A stretch of 64,000 nt of DNA from Candidatus Latescibacterota bacterium. GTDB lineage: Bacteria > Latescibacterota > UBA2968 > GCA-2709665. The stretch is from the NCBI GenBank assembly GCA_965226795.1, contig CBDDDZ010000004.1:384001-448000 (forward strand), in the 5' to 3' direction. The translations under genes and the position numbers were made by a program. Positions 1 to 9,738 of the stretch are shown here, one piece after another. How positions within the stretch are numbered: position 1 is the stretch's first letter; the number at the start of each line of letters is the position of its first letter. The notes beneath the pieces are model-generated. The model made no database searches. It saw only the letters and a list, made by a program, of their open reading frames with translations, and was not told where the DNA came from.

Positions 1-1
1 T

Positions 2-940
2 TTGGTGTCCCCGAGCGGATCCTTGCTGGCCCTTTGTGAAGGCCGGCGTAACAATCAGTGGGATCACGGAGATATCGACCTTCTGATGAAGCGTTCGGAA
101 GACGGGGGACGTTCTTGGTCGGCGCAGCAGGTGGTGTACAGCGAAGAGGGTGAGATCACGATCGGTAATCCCTGTCCGGTGGTGGACGCGGAGACGGGCA
201 CAATCCGGATGTTGTTCTGCAGAGACAACATGGATGTACTGGTCACACACAGTACCGACGACGGCTGGCACTGGTCGGATCCGACGGACATTACCGAGGG
301 CGTCAAGAAGCGCGAGTGGGCCTGGTATGCGACGGGTCCCGGGGTGGGCATTCAACTCCGGAACGGAGCGGGAAGAGGGCGGCTGCTGATTCCCTGCGAC
401 CATCGGAACCCGCATGCGTACGACTGCGGTTCACATTCGATTTACAGTGACGACGGAGGAATTTCCTGGCGGTTGGGAGGCACGGTCCGGCCGGGAGCCA
501 ACGAGTGCCAGTTCGGTGAACTTGCGGACGGAAGCGTCGTCATGAACACCCGGATGCAGACGCACAGCGAAGGGTATCGCGGAACTGCGCTGAGCCGGGA
601 CGGCGGGGAGTCCTGGCAGGCGTTCCGGCACGACCGGAACCTGCCCTGTCCCAAATGCCAGGCCAGCCTCGTGGAAGGCAAAGGCAGGAACGACCTGCTG
701 TTTTCGAATCCCGCAGCTCCCGGGCCGGCAAATCCCGGTGGAGGAGAGCGGGTGAACATGACCGTACGGCTGAGCAATGACGGGGGTATGACCTGGCCCG
801 CGGCGAAATTGCTGCACGATGGCCCGGCGGCGTATTCCTGCCTTGTGGTGCTTCCGGAGGACACGTTCGGTTGTTTATACGAAGCGGGATCGGCCTCGGC
901 GTACGAGCACATTGTTTTCGAGCGTTTCCGGTTGGATTGA
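2..940 (+). CDS. Sialidase family (GH33-like) BNR/Asp-box protein, 5'-partial
   Basis: Five Asp-boxes (SEDGGRSWS, STDDGWHWS, SDDGGISWR, SRDGGESWQ, SNDGGMTWP), GPGVGIQL, ANECQ and C-terminal AYSCL...LYE; ORF is open at the window edge. Confidence 0.85.
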   Translation: MVSPSGSLLALCEGRRNNQWDHGDIDLLMKRSEDGGRSWSAQQVVYSEEGEITIGNPCPVVDAETGTIRMLFCRDNMDVLVTHSTDDGWHWSDPTDITEGVKKREWAWYATGPGVGIQLRNGAGRGRLLIPCDHRNPHAYDCGSHSIYSDDGGISWRLGGTVRPGANECQFGELADGSVVMNTRMQTHSEGYRGTALSRDGGESWQAFRHDRNLPCPKCQASLVEGKGRNDLLFSNPAAPGPANPGGGERVNMTVRLSNDGGMTWPAAKLLHDGPAAYSCLVVLPEDTFGCLYEAGSASAYEHIVFERFRLD

Positions 941-949
941 GAAATCGCC

Positions 950-2275
950 ATGGATGAGACATCGGTTGGACGCGGACCTTCAGTGGAGGAACAATATCGG
1001 GCGGGTAGCCCGCGTTCCGAGGCGGCTTTCGAACAGGCCAGGGCGGTGATGCCGGGAGGCGTGAAAGGGGCGTACTTCTACAAGCCCTATCCGCTGACCA
1101 TCGAACGGGGTGAGGGGTGTTACCTGTACGACCTGGATGGCCGCAAACTGGTGGACTTCAACAACCACCATACGGCGCAGATTCTGGGGCACAATCATCC
1201 CGCTGTGGTGGCGGCGGTGCAGGCGCAGGTCTCGAGGGGGATCGCGTTGAGCGCGCCGGCGGGCGTGGAGACGGGACTGGCCGAGGAAATGTGCAGGCGC
1301 GTGAAGTCCGTTGAGAAGATCAGATTCTGCAGTTCCGGCACCGAAGCGACCCTGCACGCCATTCGGCTGGCGCGTGGGGTCAGCGGAAGGACGAAGATCG
1401 CCAAGTTTGAAGGTGGATATCATGGAAGCCACGACGTGGTGGAGGTGAGTGTGGCCCCGCCCCTTGATAAGGCCGGGCCCGCGTCGGCCCCGCGTTCGGT
1501 ATCCACGGCGGGCGGCGCTTCACCGAACGCGGCTGGCGAGGTGGTGGTCCTGCCGTACAATGACGAGAACGCCGCGGAGCGATTGCTCGCGCGGCATCGA
1601 GGCGAACTGGCATGCGTGATATTCGATCCCCGGGCCGGAATTCTGTGGCAGCGCGCGGAGTTCGTGCAGTTTGTATGTGACATGGCGCGTCGGAATAATG
1701 TACTGTCGATTTTCGATGAGATCGTCGGATTCCGGGTCGGCACGGGCGGGCTTCAGGAGCACTATGGCATCACGCCGGATCTGACAACTTACGGAAAGGT
1801 TATCGGCGGCGGCTTTCCGGTGGGCGCCTTCGGAGGCCGGGCGGACCTGATGGACCACTTCGACACGTCGCGGGGGCCGACCGGATTCTTCCAGAGCGGC
1901 ACGTTCAGCGGGCATCCCGTGGCAATGGCCGCCGGCCTGGCAACCCTGGAGCAGTTGACGCCGGACGTGTTCGCCCACCTGAACCGGCTGGGAGAACGGC
2001 TCCGGGACGGGTTGAATCGATTGTTTTCAGAGAGAAACGCGGATGCGATTGCGGTCGGTGTGGGATCGCTGTTCAGCGTTCATTTTTCAGGTGAGAAGAT
2101 GGTGAATTACCGCCATCTGGCCCGAACGGATAAAGCGGCCGCGCACCGCCTGCTACTCGGGCTGATCGAACAGGGATATTTCCTGGGCAACGGGCTGTTG
2201 ATGAGCGCCGTCTCCACGCCGATGGATGAAAGCCACGTGGATGGATTGATCGAGGCGGTTGGAAGGACGATCTGA
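950..2275 (+). CDS. Class-III PLP aminotransferase, glutamate-1-semialdehyde aminomutase-like
   Basis: SGTEAT, FEGGYHG, FDEIVGFR, PLP-Lys in GKVIGGGFPVG, SGTFSGHP; catabolic context argues against assigning hemL. Confidence 0.85.
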   Translation: MDETSVGRGPSVEEQYRAGSPRSEAAFEQARAVMPGGVKGAYFYKPYPLTIERGEGCYLYDLDGRKLVDFNNHHTAQILGHNHPAVVAAVQAQVSRGIALSAPAGVETGLAEEMCRRVKSVEKIRFCSSGTEATLHAIRLARGVSGRTKIAKFEGGYHGSHDVVEVSVAPPLDKAGPASAPRSVSTAGGASPNAAGEVVVLPYNDENAAERLLARHRGELACVIFDPRAGILWQRAEFVQFVCDMARRNNVLSIFDEIVGFRVGTGGLQEHYGITPDLTTYGKVIGGGFPVGAFGGRADLMDHFDTSRGPTGFFQSGTFSGHPVAMAAGLATLEQLTPDVFAHLNRLGERLRDGLNRLFSERNADAIAVGVGSLFSVHFSGEKMVNYRHLARTDKAAAHRLLLGLIEQGYFLGNGLLMSAVSTPMDESHVDGLIEAVGRTI

Positions 2276-2291
2276 AACCGCACGCGGATGT

Positions 2292-2482
2292 CTAGTGTTC
2301 TGTCCCTGAAATAGATTGCCTGAATTCGGCCGCAGGGTCGCCCGGCTCGCAAGGCGCCTGAGCGAGGCGACCTGCGCAAGGTCGGCGAGCGATGGCACTT
2401 CGACAAGCTCAGCGCAAGCAACGCAGCGAGACGGGATGAACCGGCGGATGAATGGTGACATATTTCTGGGACGGGACACCGG
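2292..2482. mobile_element. MITE-like element, family A, copy 1 (carries a 23-nt insert)
   Basis: Imperfect terminal inverted repeats ctagtgttctgtccctgaaata ... tatttctgggacgggacac; near-identical to 18831-18998; no transposase. Confidence 0.8.
2398..2420 (+). repeat. 23-nt micro-element cttcgacaagctcagcgcaagca nested in the MITE
   Basis: Absent from the second MITE copy; related copies at 60380-60570. Confidence 0.75.
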
Positions 2483-2574
2483 GAACGAGTTCCCTTTTTT
2501 GTATCCCCTCGCAACCGCGAAGGCGTTCGTCCACGGACGGCCGCATAAGGGTGTTGATTCCGGAGGATATTGAA

Positions 2575-3551
2575 ATGCGATATATCGATACACACGCCCA
2601 TCTGGGGCCGTGGTTCGACGAGATTACGACGTTTACCGCCGAGGGCTTTGTGGCACTGCAGGAGCGGGCGGGCATCGAGCGGACCGTGGTGACGTCCGGA
2701 TCCGCTCTGTTTACAGAGTTGATATATGGCAACGAGTGGACCATACGGCAGGCTGAGAATCTGGAACATCTGCTTGTATGGCTGGTATTGAACCCGATAC
2801 ACACGCCCACCTGGGGCCGTGGTTCGACGAGATTACGACGTTTACCGCCGAGGGCTTTGTGGCACTGCAGGAGCGGGCGGGCATCGAGCGGACCGTGGTG
2901 ACGTCCGGATCCGCTCTGTTTACAGAGTTGATATATGGCAACGAGTGGACCATACAGCAGGCTGAGAAGCTGGAACATCTGCTTGTATGGCTGGTATTGA
3001 ACCCGTTGAAGATGAGCGAGTCACTGGAGTTGCTGGAGCGGTTCAAGGACCATCCCAAGGTCGCGGGATTCAAAATCCACCCCGTGCAGCACAAGTATCC
3101 GGCGGACATCAAATCCACGTTCAGGCTCTTCGAAAAACTGGAGCCCCTCGGGCTGCCGGTGCTTTCCCACGGAGAGAACGAGTCGTACGCGGCTCCTGCC
3201 CGGTTGCGGCGGCTGGCAGAGGGCTTTCCGACCTTGACACTCATTACGGCGCACTTCGGCGCGGGGCAGCCGGGGCAGACGTACGAGGCAATCGACGCGC
3301 TTCAGGATTGCAAGACGGGCAACCTCTACACGGACATGGGCACGGCGCGGGCGATTCGCACAGGCATGATCGGATTGGTGGTGCGTGAGGTGGGTGCGGA
3401 CAGGGTGTTGTTCGGTACGGATTCGCCGCTCTACGAACCGATGGCGTTCCCCGCGTTGCTTGCGGCGGCGGATATAACGGAAGCAGAACGGGAACAGATC
3501 GCTTACAGGAATGCGGAGCGGCTGGTGCTGGCGCCGAAGGGGCTGGCATAG
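2575..3551 (+). pseudogene. Amidohydrolase_2-family metallohydrolase, frameshifted by a 209-bp tandem duplication
   Basis: RBS ggagg + ATG 2575; IDTHAH, GFKIHP, AHFG, LFGTDSP motifs; 2588-2796 is repeated at 2797-3005, and 209 is not a multiple of 3. Confidence 0.75.
2588..3005 (+). repeat. Direct tandem duplication, 209-bp unit x2
   Basis: atacacacgccca...ggtattgaacccg occurs twice head-to-tail; three differences seen (cat/cac, cgg/cag, aat/aag). Confidence 0.95.
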
Positions 3552-3596
3552 TGACCGTCGATGGTGTTGAGGCAAGGCGTACGGAGGAATAGCCCG

Positions 3597-4949
3597 ATGA
3601 AACTGGATCGGCGTCAGCGCCGATTGCTGAAACGGACGTTTCTGGATTATCAGCAGACGTCGTCCTTTATGGAACATCCGTTTCTCGTGAAAAGGGCGCA
3701 TGGCCTCTACTATTGGGATATCGAGGGCAAGCGCTATTTTGACGGGATCGGCGGCATCTTTGTGGCTTCCCTGGGTCACGGCCACCCCCGGGTTTTGGAG
3801 GCGATGCGAAAGCAGGCGGAAACGCTCTCTTTTTCACCGCCGATGCACGGACTTTCAGACGTGGCGCTGGATTTCGTGGAAAAACTGGGTGGCGTCACGC
3901 CGGGGAATCTGAATTTCATCAAGTCCTACAGCGGCGGTTCCGAAGCCGTCGAATCCTCACTGAAGTTTACCCGGCAGTACTTCAAGCAGAGCGGCCGCCC
4001 GGGCAAGTACAAATTCGTCAGCCGTTACTTCGGGTATCATGGCGCTACTTTTGGCGCAATGGCGGCCAGCGGAACCGGGAAACGCAAGACGCCGTTCGAG
4101 CCGCAGATGGGCGGATTCCTCAAGGTCTTTCCGCCTACGTATTACAGAGACCGTTTTGCTTCCTGGGAGGAATGCAACCGGTTCTGTGCGCAAATGTTCG
4201 AGGACGTGATCGTCAATGAAGATCCGGATACGGTGGCGGGTGTCATTCTGGAACCGATCGGAAATACCGGAGGGATTATTACGCCCACCGAGGAGTATTT
4301 TCAGATTATCCGCGACGTCTGCGACCGTTACAATGTGGTGTTGATCTACGATGAGATCATTACCGGGTTCGGCAAAACCGGCTCGATGTTCGCCGCCCAG
4401 ACGTTCGGGGTGACGCCCGACATTATCTGCGCGGGCAAAGGGATCTCGAGTGGGGCGTATCCGGTGGGGGCCATGATGGCGCGGGAGGAAATGGGAGACG
4501 TCTTCCTGGGGCCGGTGGAGGCGGATGTCAACTTTGCGCATGGGCATACGTTCGCGGCCAATCCCGTTGCCTGCGCCGTGGGAATGGCCGTAATCGACGA
4601 AATCGTGGAGCAGGAGCTGGATCGGAAGGCCGGGGAACTCGGCCATTATCTGGCATCGAAGCTGGAAGGGTTGAAGGATCTGGGCGTGGTGCGCGAGGTG
4701 CGGGGCCGGGGGCTGCTGCAGGGCGTGGAACTGGTGAAGGATACGAAGACGATGGCCCCGTTTCCGGAACTGGGGCAGGCACTGAAACGGACTTCACTGG
4801 AGAATGGTCTGCTCATTCGGATCGACCCCACCTGGTTTGCCGTAGGGCCGGCGTTGATCGTACAGAGGGAGGATATCGATGAGTTGTGCGATCTCGTGAG
4901 AAAGAGCCTGGTTGACGCGCTGGAGCGGGTCGGACAGGGACGACCCTGA
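3597..4949 (+). CDS. Class-III PLP aminotransferase (omega-amino acid/BioA-like)
   Basis: SGGSEAVE, GYHGAT, YDEIITGFGKTG, PLP-Lys in AGKGISSG, HGHTFAANP; ATG 3597 after ggagg. Confidence 0.85.
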   Translation: MKLDRRQRRLLKRTFLDYQQTSSFMEHPFLVKRAHGLYYWDIEGKRYFDGIGGIFVASLGHGHPRVLEAMRKQAETLSFSPPMHGLSDVALDFVEKLGGVTPGNLNFIKSYSGGSEAVESSLKFTRQYFKQSGRPGKYKFVSRYFGYHGATFGAMAASGTGKRKTPFEPQMGGFLKVFPPTYYRDRFASWEECNRFCAQMFEDVIVNEDPDTVAGVILEPIGNTGGIITPTEEYFQIIRDVCDRYNVVLIYDEIITGFGKTGSMFAAQTFGVTPDIICAGKGISSGAYPVGAMMAREEMGDVFLGPVEADVNFAHGHTFAANPVACAVGMAVIDEIVEQELDRKAGELGHYLASKLEGLKDLGVVREVRGRGLLQGVELVKDTKTMAPFPELGQALKRTSLENGLLIRIDPTWFAVGPALIVQREDIDELCDLVRKSLVDALERVGQGRP

Positions 4950-4962
4950 AAGGGAGGCGCAA

Positions 4963-5628
4963 GTGTCTACAACGAGGTTAACGATACTATTGTGTATCTT
5001 GCTGCTGATATCGTCGGAGACCATTTATGCCGGTGGCCTGGAAAAGCGATCGCGCGTTGAACTCAGGATGGGAATTCGGAATCAGGGGGGAAAGACCGAG
5101 GCAAGAACGCAGGTTGGACCACTTGGGGTTGAAACGACCGCTGAGTCCGATGGTATACTTGTCTCGCTGGCCTATGCGTACACATTGCAGGAGAACGTCG
5201 CCGTCCATGCCACGCTCGGGGTCCTGGCTGTCGAGGCCGGTTCTCGCGTTGGGCTTCCGGGAATCTCCCAGCGGGCGGGCGTCGTTTGTCCTCTGATCCT
5301 GGGCATGAGATATTATATGCCTCGGACGACACTCCAAGCCCCGTTCAGGCCCTTTCTGACGGTGGGCATAGGGCCCAACATCGGAGTTGAATCCAAAAAC
5401 GACGTCGGCTTGCAGTTGGTGCAGAAGTCCACCATTATGACGTCATTGGGAAGCCGGGCGGGAGTCGGGCTGGACGTTCGGCTGGGCCGATCCGCAGTGG
5501 CAATTGTAAACCTGGGATGTAACCTGATGACGGATTTTTCGGAGCCGTTAGGCGACAGGCGCAACTATAGCGGACTCGAATTCGGCGTAGGAATCGCCTG
5601 GCTGTTTGGCGGGGCTGTTGAAGAATAA
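4963..5628 (+). CDS. Outer-membrane beta-barrel (OmpW/OMP_b-brl-like) protein
   Basis: GTG after agggagg, signal peptide, alternating beta-strand pattern (LGMRYY, RPFLTVGIG, FGVGIAWLF). Confidence 0.6.
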   Translation: MSTTRLTILLCILLLISSETIYAGGLEKRSRVELRMGIRNQGGKTEARTQVGPLGVETTAESDGILVSLAYAYTLQENVAVHATLGVLAVEAGSRVGLPGISQRAGVVCPLILGMRYYMPRTTLQAPFRPFLTVGIGPNIGVESKNDVGLQLVQKSTIMTSLGSRAGVGLDVRLGRSAVAIVNLGCNLMTDFSEPLGDRRNYSGLEFGVGIAWLFGGAVEE

Positions 5629-5744
5629 GCACGACGCAATCAAGCCATGGGATGACAAGGAATCGAATATTCAGTACGGTGGGAACCTGATGTCTCCCCG
5701 ATTTCAATCCGGGTAAGCATTGCCTTCTCTTACGGGAGGTCCTG

Positions 5745-6845
5745 ATGTCGAATTACCGCGTGGCGATCATCGGCACGGGTCGCGTGGGATACCAGTTCAG
5801 TTTCGGAGATCTGCCGGACAACCATGCCGATGCGTTGCGGCAACATCCCGGCTGCGAACTGGTGGCGGGTGTGAACCGGGGGCGCGAGAAACTGGAGACC
5901 TTTGGAGAACGCTACGGAATCGACGCGCTCTATCACGACTACCGGCGGATGCTGGACGAGATCAGGCCGGACATCTGCATCGTGGCCACCCATCCTGAAT
6001 TGCATTGCGAGATGGTTGAGACATGCGCCGCTGCGCCCGCGACAAAGGCGATCATCTGTGAGAAACCGATGGCCCTGTCCCTGTCGGAATGCGACCGGAT
6101 GATCGAAGCCTGCGACAACGCGGACATCCCGCTGCAGATCAACCACAACCGGCGGTGGTCACCTGAATGGAACCTGGGACTGCAGCTGTTGCGGGACGGC
6201 GCGATCGGAGACCTGAATCACGTCTATTGTTATATGGATGGCGGCAAGCCCGCGCCGTGGTGGCGAAGCGAGAACGAGGGGCCGCTTCTGCACGACTTTA
6301 CCCATTACTTCGACCTGATGGATATGTACGCCGGCGAGGTGGCATGGTTGTGCGGCATGGCGGAGCAGCGGATGCGTCCGTGGGCCGTTGAAGACTTCGG
6401 CGCGGCAATGATGAAGTTCGAGAACGGGGCTACAGGATTGGTGCATGGCGCGGAACTGACAGCCTATACGGACAATGCGTTTGAACTGCGAGGAACGGAG
6501 GGCGTGATCCGTTTTCTGGGAGAACGGGTCCATCTCTACCGGGCGGTTGAGGACGATTACGAACCGGATAGCGGATTTCAGTGGAGCTCCTTGAAGCTGG
6601 CGCAGGTCGAACATCCGCCGCCCGCGTCAACGTATGTCCTCGCGCTGAACGAGTTGGTAAGTGCGCTGGAGGATCATGGTGAATTGCGGAGCGATGGGCG
6701 GGTGGGCCTGCGGTCCCTGGAAATGGTGATGGCAATCTACCAGTCCCAGCTTGGGGGCAATCGTCCCGTCCAATTCCCGCTCGAAGCGCGCGGCTCGGGT
6801 GTGGCGGCCCTGCGTGAAGCGGGAGCGTTCGTAGAGCGGAAATGA
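5745..6845 (+). CDS. Gfo/Idh/MocA family oxidoreductase
   Basis: AIIGTGRVG, ICEKPMA, INHNRRW, LHDFTHYFD. Confidence 0.9.
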   Translation: MSNYRVAIIGTGRVGYQFSFGDLPDNHADALRQHPGCELVAGVNRGREKLETFGERYGIDALYHDYRRMLDEIRPDICIVATHPELHCEMVETCAAAPATKAIICEKPMALSLSECDRMIEACDNADIPLQINHNRRWSPEWNLGLQLLRDGAIGDLNHVYCYMDGGKPAPWWRSENEGPLLHDFTHYFDLMDMYAGEVAWLCGMAEQRMRPWAVEDFGAAMMKFENGATGLVHGAELTAYTDNAFELRGTEGVIRFLGERVHLYRAVEDDYEPDSGFQWSSLKLAQVEHPPPASTYVLALNELVSALEDHGELRSDGRVGLRSLEMVMAIYQSQLGGNRPVQFPLEARGSGVAALREAGAFVERK

Positions 6846-6873
6846 GCAATAAAAGATAAAAAAGGGGATTGCG

Positions 6874-8706
6874 ATGGCGGAATCCGAGGCGCGCGGCTCG
6901 TGGATCGAGTACGATGTGATCGTCCGAAAAAACGTGATGGTGCCCACGCGAGACGGTGTAAGCTTGGCGACGGATCTGTATTTCCCGGCGAAGAAGGGCG
7001 GCATTGTGCCGGGCGAATTTCCAGCGGTTATCGAGCGTACTCCGTACGATAAGGAATCCAAATTCAGCGAGGGTCGGTATCTCGCGCGGAGAGGCTATGT
7101 GGCCGTACGGCAGGATGTCCGTGGGCGATTCGAATCCGAGGGCGTGTGGCATCCGTTTGCAAAGGAGGCGCCCGACGGCTACGATACCGTGGAATGGGTT
7201 GCCGCGCAGCCCTGGTGCGACGGTCACGTAGGCACGATGGGCGGGTCTTACTGCGGAAGCGATCAGAGTGCGCTGGCCACCCTGAATCCGCCGCATCTGA
7301 ACGCAATGGTTGTCGCGGTGGGCACGTCGAACTATCACACCAGTTCGATGCGGCAGAACGGCGCGCTGGAGTTGCGGTTCATGATTTATGCGTTCAGGAT
7401 GGCAACGACGAGCAAAGAGGCGCTGGCGGATGCAACCCTGAAGGCCGCATTGGACGCGGATTTTGCACGGATAGGAGAATGGATGACGCGGACGCCCTAC
7501 CGAAAGGGATCGTCGGCCCTGCGTCTTCTGCCCACCTATGAACAGTGGGTGCTGGATCTTCTGGGCGAAGGGGATTTCAACAATTATTGGAAGCAGCGAG
7601 GATATGCAATCGACCACTACTACGACGAGCACGCGGACGTGCCCACGATTTATCTGGGCGGGTGGTATGATTCATACACCCGGGGAACCACTGCCAACTA
7701 CGTGGCGCTGTCGAAGAGGATGAAGTCGCCACAGCACCTGCTGATGGGTCCATGGACGCATGGCGGTTGGGGCAACTCGTTCGCGGGAGACGTGGATTTC
7801 GGGTCGGAATCCGTGCTCGACGATTACGATGGATACCGTCTGCGCTGGTTCGACAGGTGGCTGAAGGGAATTGACAACGGTGTCGACCGGGAAAAGCCGG
7901 TACGGATATTCGTGATGGGCGGCGGCGGCGGCATGAACCGGGAAGGGCGCCTCTCCTATATGGGCGCCTGGCGCGACGTGGAGGATTGGCCGCTGCCCGA
8001 AACGCGGTTTACGCCGTACTACCTGCATTCGGACGGCACAATCGGCCAGGAGCTGCCGGAACCTTCCGGGCCGAGTCGGTACACGTTCGATCCCAGGGAT
8101 CCGGTACCCACAATCGGCGGCAATCTGTCCGCAGGGGATCCGGTTCTGGTTGCCGGCGCCTACGACCAGCGAGGGGATACGCGCTTTTACGGATGCAGGG
8201 ACAACCTGCCGCTGTCGGCGCGCAGCGACATCCTCGTCTTCCAGACCCCCGAACTGGAGAAGACCGTGGAAGTGACGGGGCCGTTGACGATGATATTGTG
8301 GGCGTCTTCGTCCGCACCGGATACGGATTTCACCGTCAAACTGATCGACGTACATCCGCCGGACGCGGACTATCCCGATGGTTTCGCTCAGAATATAACG
8401 GACAGCATCATCCGGGGGCGCTATCGGAACTCGCGGGATAAACCGGAGTCGATGGTGCCAGGTGAGATTTATGAACTGGAAATCGTAATGTATCCGACCT
8501 CAACCGTATTCGGGGTGGGGCATCGGATCCGGCTGGATGTCTCCAGCAGCAATTTTCCCAGGTTCGATATCAATCCGAATACGGGTGGCGCATTGGGGCG
8601 GGACCGTCGGGTTGTCCTGGCGGAAAACGCGTTATATCACGATCCGGATCATCCTTCGCACATTGTTTTGCCCATTATTCAGGGGTGTCGACAGGCAGAT
8701 GGGTGA
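6874..8706 (+). CDS. CocE/NonD family hydrolase (peptidase S15)
   Basis: RTPYDK, QDVRGRFESEG, nucleophile GGSY, GWYD, GPWTH, C-terminal SSSNFPRFD. Confidence 0.92.
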   Translation: MAESEARGSWIEYDVIVRKNVMVPTRDGVSLATDLYFPAKKGGIVPGEFPAVIERTPYDKESKFSEGRYLARRGYVAVRQDVRGRFESEGVWHPFAKEAPDGYDTVEWVAAQPWCDGHVGTMGGSYCGSDQSALATLNPPHLNAMVVAVGTSNYHTSSMRQNGALELRFMIYAFRMATTSKEALADATLKAALDADFARIGEWMTRTPYRKGSSALRLLPTYEQWVLDLLGEGDFNNYWKQRGYAIDHYYDEHADVPTIYLGGWYDSYTRGTTANYVALSKRMKSPQHLLMGPWTHGGWGNSFAGDVDFGSESVLDDYDGYRLRWFDRWLKGIDNGVDREKPVRIFVMGGGGGMNREGRLSYMGAWRDVEDWPLPETRFTPYYLHSDGTIGQELPEPSGPSRYTFDPRDPVPTIGGNLSAGDPVLVAGAYDQRGDTRFYGCRDNLPLSARSDILVFQTPELEKTVEVTGPLTMILWASSSAPDTDFTVKLIDVHPPDADYPDGFAQNITDSIIRGRYRNSRDKPESMVPGEIYELEIVMYPTSTVFGVGHRIRLDVSSSNFPRFDINPNTGGALGRDRRVVLAENALYHDPDHPSHIVLPIIQGCRQADG

Positions 8707-9595
8707 CGATTCCGAGATTACGTATCGGGACCGCAGGTCCGGGAGAATGGTAACGGAGCCGCTGTCTCACGCATGCTTCCAGCGGTGGTTCGATTCGTCA
8801 ATCTTCCTCGGACTTTTCCACCTCTTGCTGAATAATTCGGTCTTTTGCCGGTTATACGGCTGGCTACAGGCGCGTCCAGGAAGTGGCCGGAAGATTTTCC
8901 GTTTTGTCAGGACATACGGCATTGACCTCGAAGAGATCGAATTTCCCCTGGATCGATACCGCAGTTTCAACGCGTTCTTCACACGCCGGCTGAAAACCGA
9001 TGCCAGGCCGTTTGACCTGGCGCCCGACACATTCTGCTCTCCCGCGGACGGAAAGGTTCTGGTCTATCGGCAACTCGTGGACGGCGCCCGGATCCCGGCA
9101 AAAGGAGCATCGGTTCCACTGCAACTCCTGCTGGATTCAGAGGACGAGGCGGGGACCTACCGCGACGGTTCGGCGCTTGTCGTGCGGCTCGCGCCTTACG
9201 ACTATCACCGGTTCCATTTCCCGGATTCCGGGAAGGCCGGACCGGCGCGCGTCGTCGCCGGGCGGTATTATATTGTCAATCCGCTGGGCCTTGCCAGGGT
9301 ACCCGGCGTATTCTGGCGCAACAAACGCGCGATTACCGAATTTGCTTCACGGCATTTCGGACGGATCGCGTACCTCGAGATTGGCGGCTTTGCCGTCGGA
9401 AGCATCGTTGAGACCTACAGGCCCGGATCGGTCGACAGGGGACAGGAGAAGGGGTATTTCCAGTTCGGAGGATCCACGCTGGTACTGCTGTTCGAGCCGG
9501 GTGTCATCGCGTTTGACGAAGACCTTGTCGAAGACTCCCGGCGTGGAGTTGAAGTGCACGTACGGGCGGGCAGCGGGATCGGCAGGCGGATTTAG
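8699..9595 (+). CDS. psd: Phosphatidylserine decarboxylase proenzyme
   Basis: SFNAFFTRRLK, SPADGK, RLAPYDYHRFHFP, self-cleavage motif FGGST; ATG 8699 overlaps the upstream stop. Confidence 0.88.
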   Translation: MGDDSEITYRDRRSGRMVTEPLSHACFQRWFDSSIFLGLFHLLLNNSVFCRLYGWLQARPGSGRKIFRFVRTYGIDLEEIEFPLDRYRSFNAFFTRRLKTDARPFDLAPDTFCSPADGKVLVYRQLVDGARIPAKGASVPLQLLLDSEDEAGTYRDGSALVVRLAPYDYHRFHFPDSGKAGPARVVAGRYYIVNPLGLARVPGVFWRNKRAITEFASRHFGRIAYLEIGGFAVGSIVETYRPGSVDRGQEKGYFQFGGSTLVLLFEPGVIAFDEDLVEDSRRGVEVHVRAGSGIGRRI

Positions 9596-9710
9596 AATTG
9601 AACCATCAGTGACTCAGTGAATGCCGGCACGGCTGGTCGCGGGCCGGGAAGACCGCCGCCGGTCCTGATCGACCAGAGCGCACGTGATCTGCTGTACCGG
9701 AAACCCGATC

Positions 9711-9738
9711 AGGGCGAAGCGCCTCAGCGTTTCGCCCT
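9711..9738. terminator. Stem-loop between convergent genes
   Basis: agggcgaagcg-cctcag-cgtttcgccct; no clear U-tract. Confidence 0.35.

Noticed and set aside
950..2275. Assigning hemL
   Set aside because: Family motifs fit, but there are no tetrapyrrole genes nearby and the context is catabolic
2588..3005. Possible DGR template/variable repeat pair
   Set aside because: Copies are directly tandem at a gene 5' end, differences are not adenine-specific, and there is no reverse transcriptase
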